Positions 53,095-64,000 of a stretch of DNA of 64,000 nucleotides are shown here, piece after piece. The stretch comes from Cercozoa sp. M6MM. Taxonomy: Eukaryota; Protista; Endomyxa: Ascetosporea. Position 1 is the first letter of the stretch. Every line of letters starts with the position of its first letter. The notes under the pieces are model-generated. The model was not told where the DNA came from. It did no database searches and worked only from the letters and a program-made list of their open reading frames with translations. Made by a program: the position numbers and the translations under genes. The stretch lies in NCBI GenBank assembly GCA_040357565.1, contig JBDODJ010000034.1. One strand, given 5' to 3'.

Positions 53095-55485
53095 ATGACT
53101 GGCATTGTTTTGACCGTTTGTGCGATCAACGGCTTTTCTCGAGTGCTGCCAGGCGCAGATGATGGTGCCGCACGTGTGGTCAGTAACACAAGTGACCGCA
53201 GCGATGGGAGCATTGTGGCAGCCTTGCAAAGCAGGAGCAGTCACACCGTGATACGCGTTTACAGCGACGGTTTCATGCGAGTTAACGACGGTCCCGAGCA
53301 AGGTGTGAGCGAGCAGACAGCACACTTGGCGTGCCACCCCGTGTGCGCCGCTATCTCTCCAGATGGACGCACTGTGGCTCTAGGCGAAACGAGGGGTGTC
53401 GTAACACTGCTGCGCGTGGATTCACTGCGAGCCACACAGCGGTGGAAGCTGCCTCAGGTAATCCCACCTGATCTGCTTTGTCTCTTTAAGTCCCATATCA
53501 AAAGTGCGTTGCAGAGTAAGGTCAGCAACATCACAGCGCTTGCTTTCTCGTGCGAGAAGGCTCTGGTCGTGGGCGACGCAGATGGCACGATTTTCGGCTG
53601 TCACCTCGACGGCAAGGAGGAACGTTTCCAGCCTGTTGCGAAGGTACAGTATTCTGTCCTTTAAAGAGTACCTTGATGCAGATACACATGCGTTTCCATA
53701 GGTGGAAGCGATGGTGTCTCGACTCGTGTTTCACCCAGAGTCACGCAACTTGTACGCCGCCGTGACACGCGACAGCGTCGCCATGTGCCACTTCTCACAA
53801 CGCGCAGTGTCGCTGAGGTTTCCGCTGCCGAGCCTACCTATTATTGTAAAACATCCGCCTTATCTCCTTTTGACTTTCTTTTATTCGCGTGTATGCTGCA
53901 GGGTGCCGACTGGTGTACATCATCGCAGTTCGCCGTGGTGCAAGGTGAAAAAGCGCGCATCACGCGGATTGACATGCGCACACGACTCTCGACATGTTTG
54001 GGCGAAGCGCTACCTGTAGCTTTCATCTACTAAACTTACCTTTTTATTTTTGTGACACTGAAGCGTACAGGACGGCAAGGCAGAGAAAGGGGTTGTACCG
54101 TTCGAAGCCGCAGTGTGTGCAGTGCTGGATTCCAAGGTATTTTACTTGTATCCTACTGTACGATACGAGTGACTGTATGTGCACACGTTTGTTTTTGCCC
54201 AGTCAACTGTAATGATGTGCGATGTGACGAAGCGAGAAATCAGCACATGGAGTGTTCAAGTCAGTTCCCTCGACACGCGTGCTGGCTGGCTGACCTACAC
54301 GACGCGCGAATGGCAGTCAAAACCGCCGCGATTGGTGCCAAAGAAGGGTGCGACCAAGGAGACTCCGAAAATACAGGTTCACTTCTGTCTGTCTCTATCC
54401 TGCACTGAGGGGAACCCGGTAATATAAATTTAGGTCAAGAAACGCGCCACAACGATCGAGAAAACCGATGACGGCAATGACCACAACAACGACGATGCCG
54501 ACGACAACTACGACGACAGTGACGGCGACAAGGAGCACGCCGACGTCAACATTGAGAGCAGGCACAACGACAGCAGCAAGCACAGCAGCGTGCACTCGTT
54601 TGCACATTCGAGTGGACCACTAGGTGCTCGTTTGGATGTTCATCACGATGCCAACCCGAGTATTCGCGGCAGTCGCACCGGCAGTCGCACGGGAAGTCAT
54701 ATGGGCAATCACAGTCATATTGGCAATAACGTGGACAGTCAAATGAGTGATGGTCACATGAGTGATAGACTGAGTGGCCACATGAGTGCTCAGTCCGGTG
54801 ACCAAGGTGGTTTCTACGAGCGACCACGCCCGCGGCACCACGTCAGTGTCATGCGTAGCGCCTCGCACGATACTGCCGCCGACGCCAATGGTATCGAAAA
54901 GCACAACTATACGGTCGCCGATACCAATGCAAGTCACGACAGACGTTCAATTGACGGCGTTAGCTCCGATGCTTCCTGGGATCAACTGCGACAAGACATG
55001 CGTGCAGAGATGCGAGCCCTGCACCTCGACATGGTGCAGCACTTCCACTCCATGGTATTCCTCTAATTTTTATACTAAATTTATGGTAAGTGTATGATGA
55101 GTTCAAACACCGCCCCCACGTGCTGGTAGGAACAAAAACTGAGTGACCGTATCGACGAGTTGACGCAACTGCTTCGTCGAGTGTTGCGGCAAAATCACGA
55201 GCTGCGCCAGCGGTTCGGTAAACAGAGGCGTTGTTCTTTTTTCTTTTTATTGGTGGTGATTGCGCGAATTCCCTCTGCACAGATGACCCGGGGGTCGTGC
55301 GACACAGTGCTGACGTGCGATTAATTCGCGAGAGCGATGTCGAGCACTTTCTGCAGCCACGTTCACCTCCGCGAAGTCACTCCGATCAATGCAGCAACTC
55401 CAGCGCACATCACGGGAGCACTAGCAGTAACCGAACGACCCACAACTCCAGAGAAAGGCGTAACTTCTTGGACTTCGAGTTTTGA
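53095..55485 (+). CDS. NEDD1: NEDD1/GCP-WD-like WD40 protein
   Basis: N-terminal WD-like repeats (AISPDGRTVALG; ITALAFS..LVVGDADGTI) and C-terminal coiled coil MRAEMRALHLDMVQHFHSM, resembling the NEDD1 gamma-tubulin-binding helix. Confidence 0.7.
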
Positions 55486-55851
55486 GTTCTTGGCTGGACC
55501 TGTCTCCTACTATGCAGCTGCACATCCAATGGCGGGATACGACTCACTGAGTAAACAGAAAGATGAAACTACAGGAACTGATTTAGGGTCGTAAACTTAC
55601 CACTCTGCGACGAGTAACTTTCGCGAACTGCAAAAGATGACGACGCGAAATGCGCGCGCATTAAATCCATCCGTGATCGCGCGCGCATTATTCGAATGCT
55701 ATCGTATTACTTACGTGACCGTTTTATTTAGCGCGTCTTGTCGTTGCACCGAAATCGAATAGAGCTTGAATTAAAGCCGTCGCAATAAGTCCACCTGCGC
55801 GACGCTGCGACAAACTGCCATGGAGACGACTCGTTTTACGACGCTAGGACT

Positions 55852-58800
55852 TCAGTGAGACGACTTGACGCGCGAACGATCTCTGGAGCGCTCGCGCTTG
55901 GCTCTGCTATTCTTTTTGTCTTTCCGGCGCTTGTGGAGTTTTTTGAGTTTCTCCTTGTCGGCTTTGCTCTTTTTGTGCTTGTTCTTCTTCATCTTCTTTT
56001 TGCTGTCACTGTTGTGCAGACCGAACAGAGCACCTCGAGCACGCGCAAGAGCGCCGAGAGCGTCCTCTTCATTGTCACTGTTATCTTCATCATTGACACT
56101 GTTGCTGGAGGGGCTATGGTCCCTGTGGTAAACGAAAAACAATGTGTGTGTGTGTGTGTGTGTGTGTGTGGATTCAACAAGACAGTCAGAGGGAGAGCGA
56201 GAGAGAAAGATGACAGAGGTACCTCCTGTCCGGTGAACGGGCGCGCTCTTTTTTGACCGTCTTTGTGTCAGGACTGGCTTCGGTCGACTTGCTTGTTTTC
56301 GTGGACGTGGACTGCTGCATGGCCTGCAGTCTCTGCTGAATGCCCTCACTCTTAACTACGGTGCCAGGCACAGGTGTGCCCAACTCGCGCTTCACCGATA
56401 CGTGCGTATGCAGCGGCACGGTGACGTCACCAAACACTGATAAGTGATCCCGCGCAGCCACGTCCGAGGCCGTGTCGCTTGCCATCAAATTCTAATGTCA
56501 CACCACACAACATACACTCGAGTCAGTCAGTCAGTCAGTAGGTAAGCCAGTAAGTCAGTCAGGAAGCGGAGCTACCTGCAGTCGCGTAAGTGCGTCCCGA
56601 TTGACGCGCAGCGAGGACTGCTTGTGTCCAATAGCCTGCGCGACGGCCTCGCTGGCACTGGTTGGAGCAGCGGCACTCACACGGTCGCGTCTCTTGCGCG
56701 CGCGGGCGCGTCGCATGGCAGCAGCAGCCTCCGGAGTCGTACCGAGCTAGGCAGTCACAGTCACACAGTCATACAGTCACACAGCAGCTACACAGCCAGT
56801 AGGTACAACAGCCGGCACGCAAAAGGGCTACCTTTTTGGCATCCAATTCGAGCTGCCGCTGCTTCTGTCGCTGACGACGCAGCCAGTTGGCATTAATCTC
56901 CTTCCACATGCGTTCCTATTGACACGGGGGGGGGGGGTACTCTCAGGCTATGCAGCGGGCAGAGAGAACGGCATACCTTCCACTGCGACTCGGACTTGCT
57001 GAGCAGCATGCCGTTGAGTTCCTCGTCATCGTCGAGGTCGCTGAGCGAGCCCTCGATCTCGATGATGGCGCTCTCCTCCTCGCGCCGCTCCTTGTCACCG
57101 CGCGACTCCACGTCGTCCTGCGACTCGAGTTCGTCCTCATCCTCGTCCTCCTCATCCTCATCTTCGTCCTCACTGGCATGTTTCCGCGACGACACTGTCG
57201 TCAGCTGCCGCACCTGGCGCAAACGCGCCTCCTGTTCCGCCTTGGCCTCGGCCTCAGCCACATCTCGCTCCTGTCCAGGTGGACACATGCACACACACAC
57301 GCACACACGCGCGCAAAGTCAGACCCTTCACCTGTCATAAACCCGACGGACACTCCAAGGACAGGCCTACCAGGGTACGGAACTCGTCGCTGTGCATGGC
57401 AGCACGCACACTCGCAATGGCGGCATCGTCGCTGTCTGTACACACACACACATACACACACACACATACACACACACACATACATGCATGCTCACAATCC
57501 AGGAAGTGCGTGTAAAGAGTGTACTGCTGGCAGCCGGCAGTGCAGGTGTCGTCTCTTCGTCGGGACGAAACGCAGGCGGGTCACACTCAACCGCCGAGTC
57601 CTGTAGCCACAGTACGAGAGGGTCCATTGGTACCTGCATAAACTGTAGCCACTCGGGATACCTGCTGCGCAAGCTGCTCGAAACTCAGTCGACTCGCCGG
57701 CGTTTCCGCGAACTCGTTCAGTCGCTTGCGAAGCGTCACGTCACAGATTCGTACTACCCGCACGATCTCTCTGTACAACGCAACGTGCAGCATTTTTACC
57801 CCGAGGAACAGCTGTGCGTTACAGACAGAACACACATGCAGAAGGTACCGCTGGGATCGGCGGAAGCCGTGCACGCGCGCAGCGATGAGGAGACACGCGC
57901 CGCAGATACCCGAGGGACGGCGGCCCGTGTGGATCCAGTCCTTGCGCATTCGCGCCACCAGACGCAGCGCCGACATAGCCACAGCGTGTGCTTTGTCACT
58001 GCACAAACAGTCACACACACACACACAAGGTACCTGCCAATCACGCCACATACACGTGACATAGGTATACCCAAACTCGAGTTTCGACGCGAAGCGGTGA
58101 ATGAAAAGAGACGGGTCAATGACTGGGAGCGACAGGTTCAGCAGTCGCACGAACTTGAGAAAGGTGCGACCCAGTGTGTGCAAGTTCACTTGCAGTCGCT
58201 CGCTGAAGTCAATGAGTAGGTGCGGCGTGCGTTCGATACGACACACAATGTAGAGACACGCGGCGATGACGTGACGTGTGCGACGACCCTGTAGGTGGAT
58301 GGTGTCATCGGTACATGTCATTCAGCTCATCACAGAGGACAGGACGAGGTACCTGGACAAAGTTGCGCTGCACGGCGAGGCGGAACAGGCGCTGTGCCGA
58401 CTCGGTGTGGTGCTGCCGCAGCGTGAACTGCGTGGCAAGCTGCGCGATCTGTCGGTTGCCCTGCGCGATGGTCTGCTCGCGCGACTCGCGCATACGCGTC
58501 ACGTGACTCCGTGCGCCTTGCACGCTGCTGCCCTGTGATACAACGAGATGAACACACTCACCAAATGACGCCTGCAGACTGTGCTTTGAGCGCACGTACC
58601 TTGGCTGAGGCAGAGAGGCCCTGGAAACCCGTCGTGCTAACGAACTGTCCGACTACACTCGTGCTGCCGCTCTGCTCTGAGAAGGTCACGGCCATCACGA
58701 TGCTGCGCACAGACACAAACACGTAACACAAACCATCAGTACGCACACACATACACACAAACAAAAGCGCCTGCTACCTGTTCTCCTTCTGTACGGTACC

Positions 58801-58878
58801 GCAGGTGACGCACGTGACATCACCGCGGGAGCCATCGGCCTCTAGCTCGGTGCCACCGCACACCGTGCACGCCGACAT
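55852..58878 (-). CDS. BRF1: TFIIIB subunit BRF1
   Basis: Zn ribbon CTVCG...CVTCG; QGRRTRHVIAACLYIVCR; IDPSLFIHRFA; RMRKDWIHTGRRPSGICGACLLIAAR; TLRKRLNEF; DPPAF; homology blocks II (SDLDDDE) and III. Confidence 0.95.
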
Positions 58879-59240
58879 GCTGCAACAAAAACAAACGCAT
58901 CCACAGACACCGAACAACGGTTGTGCGTCAAATATTGCAAAAGGGCACAAACGGTCCAACCTCAATTGTGAAGATGGGATCTTCTTGTTGAGTGACCAAA
59001 GCGTTGGTTGAAAAATCCACCACGATGTTTCTTGAGTCAGAAAATAGAGCGCACTGTGCGGAGCGTCGATTACTCGCGACGACAACGCGCCCACCTCGTC
59101 GACAAAGTGTCTGCGCAGGATGTTTTCTGTTTTTTGTCCATTTGGACCGTGTACTGGATTCCTACATCGAATTATGAGCCGAATTTTTGAAGTGCATCTG
59201 TGCGCTCTACAGACGTGCCCACCGGAGTTAGTTCGCTACA

Positions 59241-60709
59241 ATGGTACTTTCAGTGACTTTGGACTCCCCGATACACGAAAAATGTCTTTTGACTTTTATG
59301 TGGTGTAGGAGAGTCTAGCGCCGACACAGGTGGACGGCACGCAAGTGCCTTACACGCAGGTGGACGGCACACAGATTGGTATATATCAGGTTGAAAGCCA
59401 ATTTAGATGGCGGTAGCTTACTTTCCTTCACACGCTGCAGACGACGAGGGACTGGACAACGCACTGGACGAATTGGCCGGTCTCGAGGAGAACTTGAACA
59501 ATGCTGACGCACAAATGAAAGAGGAGCCGCTCTTTGAAGAGGACGAGGGTGCTTTCCCTTGTGCTTTTTGTTTGTTTGTGCCAGCAACGTCAATGTATGA
59601 TAATGCAGAAGAAGCAGCCAAGGAAGAGACCGACTTGCTGTTCAAGGAAGATGAACTAGAAAACAACGACGAACTGCAAGACGAAGCAAAAGATGACGAT
59701 AAAGTGGACACAGCAGAGCCAAAGAAGACAGAAGGAGAAGCAACAGCAGCAGATCAAGACGCCGAGTACGAAGGTACCACTCCTGTTGTTTGTTCTGGTA
59801 GGAGTTTCCTGACGTTCAATCTCCTTCTAGATGACGGACTCGACATCGATGCTGAAGTCGACCGAATCGCTGCTGAAGTTGAGGACGAAGAGGCGTAACT
59901 CTCTATTGTCTGCGGTGGCTGTACATACTGGTACACCCGTGTCGTGTGCCCACAGCAAGTTCAAGGAACCCAAGCGCAAGACTAAAGCCAAGAAGCGAAC
60001 ACGGACCGGAGACGAAGTTGTACGCTTTATTTTATTTCCTTTGTTTCTTCATTCTTCTCTGTTCACGTCTGTCCCACAGGAACGCGAAATGACTGCTGAG
60101 ATCGATTCGTCGCGTGCAGAATTCGAGCAGTTCTGGGACAGTGTCACAGGCACCATCAAGACTCAGTATGTTCCCGAGTTTACCCTCCCTTTACCCCTCT
60201 TCTTTATTAACTTGCTCGATCGAATTGCAGGCGTCGCGATCCGAACAAAATTGTCGGTTCTGAGGTCGCTATGGTACCTGAGCTTAAAACAACTGACGCA
60301 GCTCTCTATTGCCCGCATTGTGTTCAGCAAGAGCAACTGGCTCAGGTGCGAGAGTTCCTAGCCAAGGTACCGCGTCCTCTGATGTGTCCTTTCGTGTGCA
60401 CTCCCCGGTAACTCTGTCGTACAGATGGACAGTGCCGCCGACAGTGATCGCAAAAGCAACGCGCAGAGGAAACCGTGTGCCGCGAAACTCGTACATTCTT
60501 CCTGTGTTTTTTGCTTGTTTTATGATGTTGTCACACGTGTGCTCTGACGTGAAAGCAGAGCATGCTGTCGGTAGTGCGGCAGATGGTGCAAAAACGCAGT
60601 TTACACGACGATCTGCTCACATGCGGTCTGCTGCGACGGTTCCGAGACTGGTTGCTCCCATTACCGGACGGCTCTTGGCCGTCCAGTAAGGTGTGTACCC
60701 CCCCCCCCC

Positions 60710-60773
<64 letters not shown>

Positions 60774-61589
60774 GTGTTGCTGTTGCATGTACGAATGAGA
60801 AAGTCACTCTCATAGGTACGAGGAGAGTGCATCGCTATGCTCAAGTCGCTGCGGCTTGAGCAGCGCGAGTCGGCGCGTCAGTGGCTAGACGAGAGTCAGG
60901 TCAGTCAACTGCATGCATAACGCCGCTCCACAAATACCATTTAGAGACGCATGTCTTGTGCACAGGGACTCGGACGTGTCTTGATGAACCTCTGGCGCAG
61001 TGAGGTGTGCTGCATCGTCCCTTCTTCCTTACAAATGAATATATTAACTACATAGGGCAAGGAAACGCCCGATAACCGACGAGCATTGCACGACCTTCTG
61101 CAGCGTATGTCTCGAGCTTTCATGTTGCTTTACCACGTACGTACTCACATGGGCACGCAGGCTGGCTGCGTCCTCTCTTCAGTCTGAGTGTCAACCACGC
61201 ACGACTGCACGACGTTGAAGGCGACACGCAGATGCGCACGCGCATCGCACGCCGCGCCAAGCTCTTGCAGCGGCAGCACCGAACGCTCGACACGGCACCC
61301 GGCATCCGTGCGAGGTATGATATCGCTTCTCCTATTTCCGTGTCTTGTCTCTGGTGTCCCACATACTTCCTATCGCGCAGAGTACCTGAACGTGCCGAGT
61401 TCGACTTTGCTGTGCGACCCAAGTCGATTCTGCCCACTGGTACACCTGTGCTTGTACCACCGCGCTTGGTATGTGTGCGCGCATGTGCGCCCATCTTATG
61501 TGTGCGTTCTTTTATTAGATGCGGGACGCCGTGTGGCCAAGCACTCGGCCATGCAGAAGAAACTCAAGGAGATTGGCAAGCGACGCTAA
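59241..61589 (+). CDS. IWS1: Transcription elongation factor IWS1/Spn1
   Basis: Acidic N-terminus; MDSAADSD..SN; LLRRFRDWLLPLPDGSWP; GLGRVLM; KETPDNRR; WLRP; RARVPE...FAVRPKS. The ATG appears to sit immediately before an intron (59241-59243). Confidence 0.88.
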
Positions 61590-61711
61590 CCTTTAGTTAC
61601 ATTATGTTGTCTGTCGTATTCACAAACTTAACCGGAACCCCCCCCCCCCGCACGTCACGGGGTAATATGACAATGAATGAACTAAAACTTTAGTACCGAC
61701 CTTAGAGGAGC

Positions 61712-61831
61712 ACAGGTGTCCTGTGGTACTTCAAAAGGGGACTTGGTGCGATGGCCCACCCTAAGCGGGCGGTGGTGGACTACGGCCATGCGCTTGTGAC
61801 CCACCTCAGGACAGGTGCGCAGGGGAACTAC
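61712..61831 (+). mobile_element. Dispersed repeat family copy 3, ending GGGGAACTAC
   Basis: ACTTCAAAAGGGG...ATGGCCCACCCT.AGCGGG...GGTGGACTACGGCCATGC.CTTGTGACCC is shared with 6096-6170. Confidence 0.7.
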
Positions 61832-62306
61832 ATATGTTACGGTATGGAAACCAGTAACTAAGGTATTGAAGACGACTAAATAAAGGAAGTAAAACGTTAG
61901 TTAGAATGGCGCCGATTCGGAGGATTAGAAGACATACCCTTGTAGAAAAGGTCGTCGAAAGCTCGAAGGCTTGTTGATGGCAATAAAAAAGAACACCGCC
62001 CAAGCACTATCACGGCAGAACGTATCAAGTGCGAAGGGACAAGAGCTCCGTAGAAGGAAGCTGGAGAAGAGATACCTGCAATCAAAGTGCGTGAGCTGTA
62101 GATACCTAGCAAAACAAATCCTTCACTATTAACCCTGGTTCAGATTTGATCGTCCGCGCTGACGAGTAGTTAGATGACAACTTGACTGCGCTGGTCGAGA
62201 AACGCTATGCCGTAACACGTAGTTGACTTCTAATGTAAGAGACTGGGTTAACGAACTACAACTTAAGTAATAGGAAATCCTATCATGGTACGCGGCGCAC
62301 GGCAGG

Positions 62307-62446
62307 TTACATGGGCTGCGCCTCCTTAGCGGCCGCAACGCTGGTCCGGAACGCACGCTGCTCGTCGACGGCGCGATCAGCGACGCCGGCATCCACGAAG
62401 CGGCGCTGCGGCTGGACACGGGGTGGGATGTAGGTACCATCAAGCG

Positions 62447-62532
<86 letters not shown>

Positions 62533-62542
62533 NNNNNNNNNN

Positions 62543-62590
<48 letters not shown>

Positions 62591-64000
62591 GCACACCTGG
62601 CGCCGGTGCGGCGCTTTATCCTTCGTGTCGTTGTTTGACGTCTTACGGTGCTTCTGCTCTGCGCACGTGTTGCGTGAGTGGTGAACACAGAGAGCGTGTC
62701 TCAGAGGGAAGGACATACTCTGTCCTCGCTTCTTCTTGGATCGGAAACGGCGGTACTTGTCGGGCACGCGGAAGATGCGCAGCAGAATGAGCGCCGATCG
62801 CTCTTCCAGGTCGCGTTTCTGATCTACGGCAGTAACACCCGACAAGGTTGTACCCATGCAGAGACAGTACGAGGACAGTAGGAAGTAGTAATACCTGGCG
62901 TGAGTGCCGGGTCGAGCGACTGGTCGCGCAGTTCCAACGCGAGGCGCAGATTGGCCGCCAAATGAGCAGCACGTGTGCCCTATAGGGGAGGGGTAAGAAA
63001 GGATAGGGGTAAAGGGGTAAAGGAGGGACAATGACAATGAACCAAAGCAGCGGTTTTGACAGTGACAGAACGCGCGCAGTTGTCAGTCTCATTGAGAGGG
63101 TCAGGAACGAGCCACATGTTGGCTACACACGTGTACAGATTGACAGTACATATGGGCGTTACATATGGGCAATAGACGTAAACGGTACCAGGTGTGACAC
63201 CCGGCGCCACTTGTTCCAGATACTCACACGCGGCCGTGTGCAGCAGCGCCGATCGCTGCATCGATTCGAGGTCGGCGTCGGTGACGGTGTCGCTGTCACG
63301 CACATCACCGTCGCTGTCAGTGCTGCTGTCATGTGCGTCTCCGTCGCTGCCAGTGCTGTGAGCGTCGGCGCTACTGTCGGCGTCCGAGAAGAGGTCGTCG
63401 TCGTCGTAGTACTCGTCGTACTCGTTAGACAGCGTGTCGTACTCCTGCTCCAACGACTGGCCCAGTGCGCCCAGTCGTCTGTGCATACACCGCACACGAT
63501 ACACACACATACACATACACACACACAAACACCGACGGCAAGCAGCATCACTGGGCGGACAGCACGTACTGTGTGGTGGCGTGGTACATGGCGTCGTGAC
63601 CGCACACGGGCGACGCGATCACCTGCGACGTGCCTAGCACCTCCTCGATGTCGGCCGTGTGCACCTGGGCAAACGACCAAGAGTCAACTGGCGGAGGGGT
63701 GAGACGAAGGAAAATAATTCTACCTTGTGCTCGGGCACGTCGATGGGCCGGCCACCACGCGCCAGCAGCGCCACGTGCGTGAAGAAGTCGGCCAACAGTC
63801 GCAGCGTGCACTCGTTGTTCCTGTCAATATGCCAAGAACATACACACGCATATATATATATATATAGATATATATACACACGTAAACACAGAACACGTGC
63901 AACTCAAAGCCTACGGTGTCCCCGTCAATACGTCGTCCAGTTTCGGGTCCAGCAGTGGCTACACACAGGGTTAATACAGGGAGAGGGGGGGGGGGGGGGG
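62307..64000 (-). CDS. 3' portion of a hypothetical protein (continues beyond the window; 10-N gap at 62533-62542 in an intron)
   Basis: GT-AG exon chain with an acidic tract (EYDEYYDDDDLFSDAD) and a basic tract (RRFRSKKKRG), ending ...AAAKEAQPM*. Confidence 0.6.

Noticed and set aside
61712-61831. tRNA-derived SINE or self-cleaving ribozyme
   Set aside because: No clear A/B boxes, cloverleaf, or hammerhead core (CTGANGA...GAAA) by eye.
61840-62300. Transposase remnant next to repeat copy 3
   Set aside because: Only short ORFs with stops are present and no DDE or RT motif is recognisable.

Overview
This is a gene-dense, intron-rich eukaryotic (protist-like) window, about 50-55% GC by eye. 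It holds roughly 21 protein-coding genes, each split by many short (mostly about 50-100 nt) GT-AG introns, so the supplied ORF track is mostly fragments and noise. By hand splicing I can recognise COG4, TMEM135, an AGC kinase, acyl-CoA oxidase, an API5-like gene, a sphingomyelin/IPC-synthase family gene, NPC1, a hydratase-2/SCP2 protein, a divergent ubiquitin-like gene, SRP19, eIF5A, mitochondrial-type TrpRS, PIG-T, LYRM5/ETFRF1, NEDD1, BRF1 and IWS1, plus several orphan genes. Gene coordinates are whole spans including introns, and some ends are approximate. The strongest unusual signal is the splicing grammar. 5' splice sites are overwhelmingly GTAC(C/T), often forming the palindrome G|GTACC, and the textbook GTAAG/+5G consensus is nearly absent. 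Longer introns are filled with repeats built from splice-signal words (TACC, GTAC, CTAAC/CTGAC, ACTTACCT). This suggests a divergent U1/U6 recognition system, which is an inference that needs testing. The window also carries a small dispersed repeat family with GTAGTTCCCC ends, three assembly gaps at (CA)n tracts, and a probable collapsed or missing PIG-T exon. Taxon cannot be fixed from this window; a rhizarian affinity is only a weak guess.
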